A stretch of DNA of 64,000 bases. Source: Pavona decussata (taxonomy: Eukaryota). Each line of letters begins with the position of its first letter. Within the stretch, counting starts at the first letter, position 1. A program made the translations under genes and the position numbers. The notes below the pieces were generated by a model. That model saw only the letters and a program-made list of their open reading frames with translations, was not told the origin of the DNA and ran no database searches. The stretch lies in assembly GCA_977016875.1 (NCBI GenBank), contig CDRNST010000214.1, forward strand, positions 186,001 to 250,000, read 5' to 3'. This document shows positions 1-13,100 of the stretch, piece after piece.

Positions 1-3000
1 CAGACTCATTAACTAAAGATGATAAGCGGCCAGAAAAGCACACTGCTGACACTTTTTAAAGTGCTTTCAGTTTAAATTTGTCCTTTTGACACGCCGGCAA
101 AGTTTAAACAGGCTACGCGTGAAAAAAGCTCTTCCACCGGCACTTGGGGCTTTTTCTTTCCGATCGGCGCGCTTGAAATGCTGATAAGATAAAACTTATT
201 ATGATTACTGATTCGTCCTGATCCTAGAAAAACATAATTATTATAATTAGGGACAAAACTGAATATGACTGAGAGCCAAGAGGCCAATGAAAGGTTGGTA
301 GTGGCGTGAATAGCCCAAAACAAACGACCGTTAATTCTCTTGAAATATTTCTTTAAAATGTCCAGTTTTTTTCGAGAACACCTCGCTCGACTTATTATTT
401 TTTTTCTTCTAAGCTTTTTACTTTTACTGCTCTTACGTGTTTTTTGTCGGTGTATATCACGTCGTTCCTATTTCACTCTCAAATTAACATAGTGCAGTCG
501 GGTAAGTTAATAAAACTAAGACAGGAATAAGTGGTTCATTCGTGAACTATTGGCACAAATGGATCTCAAGCAGCCGAAAGATCAATAAATGCAATATTTA
601 CTTTTCAAAATTAATTTTATCTCGTCGTTTTTTTGTTCATCCGAAGTATAAAGAAGGTAATGGAAGCCTTCTTTGAACTAACTCAAATGCAGATAAATTT
701 AGATTTTAAATTGTGCCCGTAAATAAAACGTTTTCAAAAGGCCGTTTATTGTAAGCTACCGAAATGGGTCCTGTATATTGCGTGTCCATAATTTTATGCC
801 ACCAATATCACCACAAACAACGCTGAAGTTTTGAAGTTGCAGCCGAAAATAAGTGTTATACATACACAAAAAGGATTCGTGAGGAAAAAAAGGCAATTAT
901 GCGGCCATATTGAAAAGTTCGGATAGCTGAAAATTTGCTTTAAAGACCGTAGACGGGGATAAGATAGAAGATAGAAGATTCATAAGTAACTATTGAAACA
1001 CCCATCCGAAATATGTCGGTAAGCTCTGGGGGAAGGCTAGATCGCCAGTGAAATCTTGGTGTCAGACAGCGAAGACGCAAAGCGATGTTTTTACTATAAC
1101 AAAGGGAAAGATCTCATCCACTCAAGCACGAAATAGTTCTCATACTTTTGAGAATAACACCTGAACCTTGTCTAACTCGATCATGTTTCCGCGTCTCTAT
1201 CTGGATTTCCTTATAGGACCAATTCTTTTAGCACCTGGCTTAGTTGCAGTCATACAAAGCCAGGACTTGTTCAGAAAATCTCGTGAAACGAAAAGACTGT
1301 AGAATCTACGCATGTTTCTATTAGTATTGACTCCAAGTAGGAGAGATATCCGGGAAATGTGAAAGCGCTAAGCACTTCGACTCACTCCATGATAAATCTG
1401 AAGGGGCAAGCTGTTTGAGTTTTCACCACGTCAAACACAACATATCTAGATTGGCGTCTTTCTCTCTATATATATTCTTGACACTTCTAGCACAGCTGAA
1501 GGAATAGCTTATGAGTTTGCGCGGGCGGTGGGTTCATGCTAGACGCGCGCGGTTTCTTTGTTGGCAATGCGTGGTAGTTGGAAATAGATGAAACTAACCC
1601 CGAAAGGAAAAACACTTAAAACGCGGAGGACGTAAAAGTTTAAATAGCTCAAGTTATTTAAACATCGTATAAACAGCAACTGGGGTTGTAGCCGCAGTCG
1701 GCGTATTGTGGAAACATACTTCGGTCTCAAAGCTTTGTATCGTAGGCGTTTTAAGCCCTGCGCAAAATGAAAGACTGAAATAGAGCTACTATTAATATAA
1801 CAGGCATTTTCGCTTGTGCAACCAGTTGCAAAAATCGCACGCAAAAGATGAGCCTTTTTTATCGCGAAACAATAAGCGGTGAATGTTTCAAGACTGAGGT
1901 TGTTTAGTGGGGTCTTTAACTGCATGAGGAGTTGGCCACGCGACCAGAAAAGCAGCTTTCAATTTTAACCTAAGGTTTGAACGTGGTAGGAAAAATTCAG
2001 AGAATATTTTAAAACGTGGGTCAAATAATTATGTATAAAATGTAGAAAATATTTTGAGCAGGATTCTTAGGAGAGAGCCTTATTAAGTTCAGTAATTTCC
2101 CACCTTATACGGAAGTTTGCCAGGCGGAAGGCTGTATCGCTCGCTTCTACCACAACTAAAAGAAAAACGTTTTGGCCGTTGAGTTGTGTATGAATAAAAA
2201 GGCAACCGTAGTGAACCCGCGGGCTAGGCTACGTGTGCACCGAGATATTAGTTTAAGGGCGGAGGCTACAAGTGTTATCGAAAAACCCAGGCATCTTCCA
2301 GCTGTTCGATAGGAAAGTAAATGAAAAGTGAAGGCGTCTTTGGCCAGCTGTTTAGGCCGGGCATGGCTTAGCTTGTTCGATGTGTTGATGAGTACACGGA
2401 ACATCATCTAGTTTAACTGCAGGCAGTTTCTTGTTTTGATAGTCGAGAAGGCGAGTTTGTAACGTGCCTGCTCACTCGCTAGAGACGTGTTTTGGATCGA
2501 CCTGTCGACTATCACGATATAATCTAGATATAACCCAACCTTCTCGCCAACTGGGAACAGATTATTTAAATCACTCTAATTTAGCCCTAGAAAACTCGAA
2601 CGTTTCACTAGCTCAAACAACGTGAGTTTTGTGATTGCGCGCTTGGCCGTTCGAGTTGTTCACAACGACCATACATCAGTGAAGCCATACACACCGAAAC
2701 CCTGTTGCTACGCTCGCTAGCGAACCTAGGAACAAGCTGGTCGGATTTGTGGGATGAAAGAATTAACAGAATTAATGTACAGATTTTTGTGCCAGCCAAA
2801 ACAAATGGCCGTAATATCTAAGTAGTCGCCCTAAAGTTTGTTCGTGAAACGAGGCTCCTTAAAAGTATGCAAATAAAGACGAAATGATGATGATAGTTAC
2901 GAAGAAAGATCCAAAGGGAATTTCCGCGCGTGAAACGCTACTAACTACGCTTTGTACTCTTAAGAAACAGAGTAAGGAATTTCTCTCTTTATTATCAAAT

Positions 3001-4104
3001 GTGTCACAGTAAAGATATTACGGTGTCCAAAATACAGTTCGTGTTATCAATACCTATGCTCTAACTACAGTACATACACTTTTACATTTTAGTTACCCGC
3101 CGGCGTTGCAAAACTCAAAGTTGTTCAAATGTTCATTGCTGGATACCACATATGCAATCAACACAGTTCCTAAGCGATCACACCGGTTCAACATGGCCCG
3201 AGGTCCTTCAGACCACTGTAAAAAATGACAAGAAATGGGCCATGCCATGCGTATTTTTACGGTGGAAAAGTTGAGCCCGGACCCGTGAAAATAGTCGGGG
3301 CGCGAGTCGGATAAACACTGCCTTAAAAGCTTGAAAGGTTTATTTTATAAACTAGCTTACGAGGATCCAATGGATCCCCTTTGAAGATTTGACGAAGCCT
3401 GTTCTCACGGAGGAGGGTCAGAGAGATTTGAACTTCTTAATACACAACCTTAAAAGGATGGTTCTCATTAAATAGGGGTAAGAAATCGAGCTAATTGTAA
3501 TTTGTTCCAAAAATAGTAAGATTAAATCCTGGATTACAGTAATCTGCAGGGAAAGTACTTCAGGATAGTGAAAAAAACGATAAACCGATTTGATATTACC
3601 ATGGTTGACAAAGATAGCTCCTTATTCTGGTGAACTTTGTTCATAACCATTACAGCAGCAAGTTTGACAAGCTAGTGCAAATTTTACGCCGCAATACATT
3701 TTTAGTTCGGAAATAATCCCGCAATAGCACAATCTCAGAGAATAAAACCAGAGAAGATTTCGTTCACACTACATTCAACACCGGCTGGATAATTTTTAAT
3801 GAGAGCATTTGTGTAGCATGTCACACAAAACAGCGAGTGTGGACCAGAAAAGCGTTTACACATTGTTCTAGCAACAAAGTAGGCAAGTCTCCGCACCCTC
3901 TGAGCGACTGTACGTACAAAAAGCCGGGCGTCACCGAAAGAAACTTTGTACGACGTCCAGACCATCTTGTCTTGAAGTCTGGGTGGTCGCTTTAAATACA
4001 AGAGGTTCAATCGTATTTATCGGTCTTGGCTTCAAGTTTACTTTGTCGTAGAGTTTCCAACATTTGGCCTGTGATTAGCGCTTCGAGCCAATACGGCGCC
4101 AGTT

Positions 4105-4185
4105 TTATAAGATTGTTCTTGAAAGGTTGCGCGCCAGAGCCAAGCGGATAAGGTCAAGCTTGTCTCTTTCCTCATCTTCTTGTGC
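4105..4185 (-). CDS. NUP85: Nup85 terminal coding exon: [26 protein letters not shown]
   Basis: Strong acceptor (ttttcgttttcttccccag), phase 0; matches C-terminal LRLSLARNLARAII; TAA at 4107-4105. Confidence 0.93.
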   Translation of the reverse strand, partial: AQEDEERDKLDLIRLALARNLSRTIL

Positions 4186-7100
4186 CTGGGGAAGAAAACG
4201 AAAATTGGACGCCATTTAACCTTTGACTTTCCTTTTGGAAACGGTAACAAAAGTATCCACATTTCATTTGCAAAATATTCAGAATCAACTACATTAAAGT
4301 ATTGCCTAATAGCTTTCATTTGAATGGTCACACATTAGGAAGTCATCCACAGGTTTTATTGAACCGTTAGAACCCCCTTGAACAGCATAACAAACAAAAG
4401 GAAAGTACTGTTCAGTAGCTTTCATTTGAATGGTCACACTTTAGGATTTAATCCATAGACTGAAACATTAGAACCACCTTGTACTGGATAATAAACAGCA
4501 TCACAAGAAAGTACTGCTCAGTAGCCGGCTTTCATTTGAATGGTCACACTTAAGGATTTCATCCACAAATTCAAACGCTACCGCACTTGTACAGCACAAT
4601 AAACAGCACCTTCGAAGAGTAATAACAGACGGTCACACTCATTTTGAAGTTCAACAGTTGGCGTCACCTTGTTAAGTATAATGAACAATACCACGGTCAA
4701 GAAGAGCACAGTAGTTTTCATTTGAATGGAGCCGTTTTTTCCGACTATTTCTATAATTAATGATTCAGCTCCGTGTGGGCACAAAGGACAACTCCTCGCT
4801 GTCTAAGTTGAATGGTCATTCTTTAGTGTTTCACCCGGAGTCACTTTGGTCCGAAACTGATATTGATAGCGAGCGTAAAAGGATTAGAGAAAATAAAGGA
4901 CAGAGTTACTGCGACGTTGCTGCGATTTTCGCCACGGATAAGAAAGCAAACTATCGTTTCAAGAACACAAAAGGTTTTTACAGCACTTGGAGATAATGAT
5001 AATCTGTAAAAACCCAGCAACGGGAGGGAAAGCAGGAGGAGGAGGAGGGGGAGGAGGAGGAGGGAGAGGAGATTGCAGCTGCGGAGGCGGAGAAAGAGCG
5101 AAAATTGAGGAGGAGGAGGAGGAGGAGGAGGAGGAGGAGGAGGACTGTATTAGATGCGGTAAAATCCTATTTACAGCATTTTGCAATACAACATAAAACG
5201 TTTAAACTAAAGCTGATATTACACAAGATATGTAACACAAAGCTACTACCACACAGATCAGTGTGAGATGATTAAATCGGGACTAGCGGTGAAACATTTT
5301 AAGCCATATTACCGACACGACTGAATGAAATTGCCGGCCTGTGTTTACTGTCAGCCGGGAGTGTATGCGACTTCGATAAAGAAACAAGAATCCAAGAAGG
5401 AAGTAATTTTAGCGTTCAAAAAATGTTGCTATTTATTTCTTGATCTTTTACGCGATATGTAGTGCCGTCTGCCTGAGATTTTACACGCAGGTAACATAAA
5501 CACAAAGCAGCATTGGCAAGAGCGTAGCTTCTGTCTACAGCAACTTCGGATTTATTGCTGAAGAGGCTTCAGTGTAAAACGAGTTTTCTTCCATAACTTG
5601 TCTTACGGTTGTTTGTTTTACTGAAATTTGCATTTCTTTCGTAAGTAAATAACAGAGACCAAGCGCCTATTCCAAGTACAGTCAACTCCCTTTATTGCGG
5701 ACGCCCACGGGACAACGAGTTAGTGTCCTTAATAGCGAGAGTCCGTAATAGCGGGAATTTATTTCAGTCAAACGTCTGTAATTTATTATTTCCGGGGATT
5801 TAGCTGCTGTCGGTATTATCGGGGTGTCCGGTAATAGCGAGGTGTCCGCAAGGCGAGAGTTGACTGTATACCGTTTTCCTCTTTCCACTCCATTGAACTC
5901 CATTTTTTTGTATTTGGTAACGAACCTGGGGCCCGTTTCTCGAAAGACCCGGTAACTTACCGGGCCCGATAAGTGATTTTAGTGATAAATGTTTCTTAGC
6001 AGGAGTCAATTTTTGTAAGCTTTGAATACTAAATTTTAACATCTTATAATTCTATGAAAACTTTGGTCAAGTACCATGTCTGTAATAAAAAAAAAACATT
6101 TCAAAATATACTTATCGGGCCCGGTAAGTTACCGGGACTTTCGAGAAACGGGCCCCTGGCGTAAGTTCCGCTTTTTGCCACTTCACGAATGCTTCTTCAA
6201 TGCATTTTAAGTGGATGGATTGGTTTTCATGTCGGATTTTATGGCACCCAGGGGGATATTAAGCTTTTTTGAGAATCGAGGGTACAGTGATTAAACCATG
6301 GGGGATAACACGAGGTTAAAACTGAAATTCAACATGCATCACTGATCGTTCCGTGCATCACTGTTTACTAAAGGTGGTTGCTCTTATTGCTAAAATTAAC
6401 TGTAACAAGTATTTACGTCACGTAGACAATGTCGTAAAGTAACATCGTGATTATTAGAAGTGAACAATAAGTAACTACACTTAGGAAGCGGTAATGTGTC
6501 TCCGTGCAAAAGCAAACATTTGACTAAGGATAGTGAAAAACGTCATACGAACCGTTATTTTTATAATATTGTGTTCATCTCTGAGACTATACTAAATACA
6601 ATATCTGAATATTGCGTTAAAAGTCTCAAGTCCGCTTTAAAGCCGGATAAAATTTGCCTGACTGATTTCTTAATTTCGTCCAGGCTAAAGGCACAAGCCG
6701 ATCAAAGCTCTATAGGATGGAGTGACAATTCTCGAGACTTGACTCAGCTAATACGCCATTTGGGATTTGATAATCCTAGACAATAACACGACTCTATGTT
6801 TTGCTGATATTCTTAATTCCAACTGTCTGAGCAATTCGTATACACCACCAACTTATTTTTGTAACATCACATCTTCTTATCCTAGCGTGCAAAACGCCTC
6901 AAATTAACTGCAAAATTAAGGAAAACACTTCAAAACAATGGAACCAAGTTCAAGTGCAGACGGGTTTCTGTATATTAGCGCCCTAAATGGGGACACAATG
7001 AATGGACCAAAATACGGAAGCTCAAAGAAGAGGCATTCTCGGAGGCTTTATAACCGAATTATCCTCCTCTCGCGTGCCGTTACACCTCATAAATAGCACC

Positions 7101-10100
7101 TTTGGCTCCCTTCCATGTTTTTGTTAAGGGCAAACACTTAACTTTGTGGTGGCGGCGCACGAAAGTTTCCGGGCTTAATTCGCAAATCCTGCATTAGTAA
7201 TCGTCATGTTAAAAAAAGCTCTCCTTGAAAGGCTCATTTCGAAAAGGTCAAAAACGCAGCATGATCAAAGGAAACTCAGCCGATTCATGCACTCATCTTG
7301 TAAAACAGTGCTCGACAAATAATCAAAAGATGTGGAAACCACAGGTGGCGTTCGTTGCACGAAAACAACTAGAATGGATTGCAGTGTCCGCTCGACAAAT
7401 GCGAAACGTCTGGCTCGGATTCCGTTTGAGTTTTTCCTGTAACATGAAATTCGGCGACTTGTTTAGTTTACTGAGCCCCGATAAACAATCATTAAATTAC
7501 ATTTGGTAAAGTTGAGCACGCACTCGGTCGGCCCTATCTATTTCGCATAAAGCAAGACAAAGTAGGTCCCCTTGACACTTGTTCAAAGCAGTGAAGTTAA
7601 TTTTAGCGCAGTTACTCTGTACACTTAACCCCTCGATTGTGCATTTACTAATTTGGCAAAAGCCATGGTACCTATTACAGATTACTTGCTTAGGCCTCTT
7701 TGCGCAATGCGACGCAGACGGCACCCTGTTTTTGAAAGCCTGACCCGGGCCATAAGCCAGTTTCCTTTCATTCGAATCGTCAGTAACAAGACATTGAGAT
7801 TCCATCCAGTCTACAGAGTATCGTCTCGTCGGTTCAGCCTGACATACTCTGCAGACTGCGATTCCATCAAGACATAAAAGTAAGAACCACCTTGTACAAT
7901 ACTTTATTAAATACGTCACCACAAAAAAAAAAAAAAAAAAAAATACTCAATAGCTTTTCACTTGAATGGTCACACTTTAAGATTTCACCCACAAACTCAA
8001 AGGTTAGAACCACCTTATTCAACATAATAAACAGCACCACAGCAAAGTACTGCAGCTTAGTAGCTTTCATTTGAATGGTGACACTTAAGCATTTCATCCA
8101 CAAACTCAAAGGATAGAACCACATTATTCAAGATAATAAACATCACCACAGCAAAATACTGTTTAGCTTTCACTGATTTGAATGGCCACACTTTCGGGTT
8201 TTTCATCCACAGACTCAAACATTAGAACCACCTTGTACAACATAATAAACAGCACCATTTGACTGCTTTAGGATTTCATCCATAATCAAACGAGAAGGTT
8301 GTACCCTGTTTTTTTTTTCTTTGGTGGCTGCGCTTACAAAATCTGAACAATCTTTCTTGATCAGATGGAAACCTGTAGCTTATACAGATATCTGGAGTAC
8401 TGTACATTCGATCGCTAAACTTTACTTAAATTGCCACAAGCTAGTTCCATATGATCTTCCAACCGCTAATCGCTTTTATCAAGTGATCAAAAACCACCTC
8501 GTACTGCACAATAATCAGCATCACGGGGAAGTACTGTACAGCTTAAAAGCTCTACTTTAATGGTTACTCGCACTTGAAGAGTTCATCCACAGGCTCAGTG
8601 TTACAAACACAGAGGCAAAAACTACAAGAAGAAGATGACTTTTCACTGTTTTTCGCGTAACGGATCGCGTGAATATGTCCCACAGGTGTGAAAAAGGTTA
8701 TCGTGACAGAAATTAAAGCTGAAAGACAAATATTTGGGGTTGATATTTGCCGACTAGCCTTCACGCAGGCCTGCTCAGTTCCAAAACAAGCAGACGGAAC
8801 AAATATTGATCATCGGATTTTAGACACAAAGTAGGTAACAAAAATAGCTCCAAGAATCATCAAATGGGCAGAGGAACCATATAACAGTAACGGCGCGGCG
8901 ACTTGTATTTGGAGCTTAGTGATATTAATCGGGTCAGGGCTTCCGGGATGTAAACGATTGGCATTGGACAGATGAAGGAATGCGGCACGTGCTTAACTGC
9001 CGCATGCACGCACGCACGTTCTTCATCAAAATGACACTTGACTGTAATATCGAGCAATATCGAGTAAAGTCCGTCGATCGACCGTGATGCATTTTAATTT
9101 GGGGAATTCGTGCAAAATTTTAACCCGATTGGTGGCTGATGAAAGAATTTCAAGAATAACCATTATCTCCGGCTTTTCGTGTTAGTAGGAAGAAAAATCG
9201 GAAAAGCAATGCCAAAAAGATCTGAACTCTGCAGTTCGACAGGAGAAAAAATGAAAGGCACAAATCACCTTATTATCTACCTCAGTACCTGGAATGTTCG
9301 CATTACAATCTACTGCGAGACTGGTTTGCCTTTAATGGAACGGAAAATGGAAGTTTCGTTTGGAAAATCCCGATTAAGGTTGATTAAAAACACTGCGGGC
9401 AGTTTCTCTTTTGCTCGAAAATCCGCGGGAAGAACACAAACAACTGACAAAGTACGAAATTCGAAGAGCGAAGACCCGCGAATATCGTGCTTATTCTTCC
9501 CCGCGGATTTTTGAGCAAAAGCGACTGCTCGCAGTCCACTGATTATAAGGATTATTGCCAAACTGTAGACTGTATGGTAGGCTATGGTTTTTATCTCAGG
9601 GCTCAGAACTTTCCAAAAATCCGCCCCCGCCCTTTCGCCTCGATTCGGTAGCATCCTTCCGACCCGCGGACTGTAGGATAAAATACGAGAAAAAAAATCA
9701 GGTTAAAGTTGAAGTTCACAACTGGGAGGACAGAGTGACAAAATATAAATACAATATCGGATAGCTGAGGGGAAAAAATATGCTGTTTGCCTCCTAAACT
9801 CATTGCGTGATGTCTCAGAATATTGATGATGATAACAGTTGCCAAGCTCGCGCCGAGTTGTGTCGTAGATTCCAGAAGAAGAGGAAAACAGGAAATTAAA
9901 AAAGATGCTTTCGTTTTATGGCTACCGACAAATCAAAAGTTCAAAGATACAGCCGGATAAACAAATCGCAAAATACCTTGAGACTGCCACAGTTCACAGA
10001 AACGATTTGCGGCTACCAAAAAAAAAAAAATATCGAATTACTTTTTGAATTTAAGGCGACGCATACTCTCACGTTGTGGCAAAAGCAAACGATGGAAAGA

Positions 10101-13100
10101 AATATCCAAGATTTGAGAGACCAAATACATTAAGTCGGTATTGCCTTTCCGTTGTTCTCGGNNNNNNNNNNNNNNNNNNNNNNNNNNNNNNNNNNNNNNN
10201 NNNNNNNNNNNNNNNNNNNNNNNNNNNNNNNNNNNNNNNNNNNNNNNNNNNNNNNNNNNNNNNNNNNNNNNNNNNNNNNNNNNNNNNNNNNNNNNNNNNN
10301 NNNNNNNNNNNNNNNNNNAGTGAGAACACAGTCATTTGTAACGTTTGAATCTGTGGATGGAATCTTTAATTCCCATTCAAATGAAAGCTATGGAGAAGTG
10401 CGTTGGATTTTTCATTACGCTTAACTTTGACATCATTTGTGGTTTGACACTTCTTCGAACGTCAAAAAATATTTACAATTGCAAGCACGTGCCAGCTGCA
10501 TAGAGCTTTTAACACCGGCTGCCTTTGATCGGCTTTACAGTGCAGGTATTATATCATCGCTGGGTTTGAAAAACAAAGCGCTCAGACTTAAACCTCACTG
10601 ATATCAAGGTAAACAAGAAGGAGACAGAAAGTTCGCACCACCCTAACAAAGGAGCCGACGTACTTTTTACATCGCCCAGACGGCTAAAGTGCGTTTCCGA
10701 TGATTAAGCTTCTGGAAGTTTTTAAATCATGAAAACATGGCTCATATGATATCTGGAACGAAAATGCTGTCAAAAACAAGGCCATACATTGATTCTTATC
10801 GGTGGCAAATAATCTTTGTCGTTTCGTTTTGCGATTGTGGCGCTAGAGAAAACAGTTTAATTACTTCACTTGCTTTTTCTTTCGAAATGATTCACAAGCG
10901 ATGCAAGCTAGAACCGAGATAAAACGAAACAATTTAGACGAACAAAACAATTTACCAGCTGTTCGACATGTCTTGGTATGCTCGCGCGAGTGTCCATCGC
11001 GCGTGGGCGACGCCTCGCGCGCAAAGTCAAAGCCCATTAGCAGTAAGACCCTTACCCCTCAACCAAACGATGGAGGTTTCAAGAGGTTTAAGCCTGTACT
11101 TTCCATTCAACACTGTTATATGACAAGAACGGCAAAAAATAATACACAGAGGAAGGAATTGATTAGAAACAACTTAAAAATTGGAAAAAAATGGGAAATA
11201 AACCGAATAAAAAACAAGGCACGTATCAAATATTATAAATGATGGCAGGACTGACAAACCGTGCCGAGATGTAAACAAAGACAATTAATGACGGTGTTAA
11301 GTGCAAACGTAAACAATCAGCCAAGCTTATCTCTCCTTCTTTCTTTTAAATCACAAACTGTGAAATTCTTTTAGTCAAAAAGAAAAGAGGCTAATTTGAA
11401 TTGTGAACAAACGCAAAGACAACCGGAAATGAAGCCAGATAAAAATAAAACGTGAATACAAAAAATTCTAAATTAGTCGTAAAAGGCAGCTTTCAAAGAG
11501 AGCGAAACTCCTTCATAGACATTAAAGTAGGCTTGAAAAGGAAAATGTCCATCGTTCGTTTATAATAAAAGCTGCCACGCTGTCGCGAAAGTCATTTTCT
11601 AGAGTGCCAGAAGTCTTTCTCTGAGCGGGCGAGCTATCATGCGAACAACGGACAGAATCGAGCTGGAGCGAACGAGCAGAGGTCGAGTCTTTTCTCATGT
11701 TGTTCGCTCCAGTCTTGCCAAGCTCATCGCTCATTACCTCTCCCGTCCGACTACATGTAACCAGAAAGGACTGCTAACACTCTACTCAGATCTCTTAGAT
11801 TTTAGAATTAAAACGTGTTGTCGACTGCTTATTTTCTGAGAAGCAGTAAAATTGAAGTCGTTCACCTCTCCGACTCAACTTATTTGTGGTAGTAACTTGT
11901 CGCAAGTGAACGAAACTTTGAAATCTGTAGACGAAACTCTTAAGTGTAGCCACTGAATTGAAAGCTACTGAGCAGTACTTTCTCTGGTGCTATCTATTAT
12001 GCTGTGCAAGGCGGTTGTACATTTTAAATCTGCGGATAGAAACCTAGAGGGTGGCTATTCAAATGAAAGCTCTTGAGCAGTGCTGTTTGTTATGCTGTAC
12101 AAAATGTTTCTTAAAACTTTTGAGTCTGTGGATGAAATCCTACAATGTAAACATTCAAAGGGAAGTTATATCGAGCAGTACTTTTCAGTAGTGCTGCTTA
12201 TTATGCTATATAAGTTGGTTAGTTTTGAATCTTTGAATCAACCGTGACCATTCAAATGAAAGCTACTAAAACAGTGCTGTCCAACGAATCCGTTTATTAT
12301 GCTGCCTTGTGGTTCTCACCGAAACTTTAAAGCGCAGCGGTGTTTGTTTTTCGATATTTTGTAATCCAAAAATTTGCGAACTTGGCCCCTCTGATGAAAA
12401 ATTCAAGAGAAAATTCGTCGCTGTTTAGATTCAATTATTTTGAAGTTCCGCTCTGTGAGTACGCGAGAAAGCAGCCCTAGCTGAAGGGCGTTTTCAGCAG
12501 GGAACCAGACTCAATAATTGATCAAAAGGACTCCGACAAAAACTTAACCTTAATGGCCAGAATGGTCCACGGCACATGTGGCCGTGAGAAGACAATAAAA
12601 CTACTAATTTGATTTCTTATAATTCCATGGCACAATAAATTTCTTATGCTTGTGTTGCGGGGTCCTTTTATTGATGAAGGGGGGCGAGAACTTGTTTAGT
12701 TCGGTGGCCGTTTGGAGCGCAGCGCCCCGTCTTATTCTGAGAATAAACCATCCCTGCTTGACGCGAAGTAAATACGTACACATAAAACATTAATTTCTGT
12801 TTTAAGCTTGGCGGTTTCTTTGAGGGAAATTCGGCAAAGCTTGTGATAAATATTAAAGATGGCGCTAGACGAACATGGAACAAAACCGATCACATCGCGA
12901 TGTAAATATATGACTTTCAAATTTGAATCAAATTTACGTTTAATTGTGAAAGCATTCAAAGGTTTTCTGGGAATAAAACTGTAACGATTCGGTCCTTTGA
13001 CAAGATCTACGAAATTATCGAAAAGGTTCTCTAAAGATTAAGAAAGAAGAAAAAAATAAAGAAAAAATTGAGAAAAAAAGAAAAACAAATTGAATACGTT

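Noticed and set aside
1-4100. Short ORFs left of the Nup85 stop
   Set aside because: No recognisable domains or consistent exon chain; probably 3' UTR and intergenic DNA.
4959-5196. Poly-S/P/G/E ORFs
   Set aside because: Products of the (GGA)n microsatellite.
10069-10424. ORFs spanning X residues
   Set aside because: Caused by the N gap.
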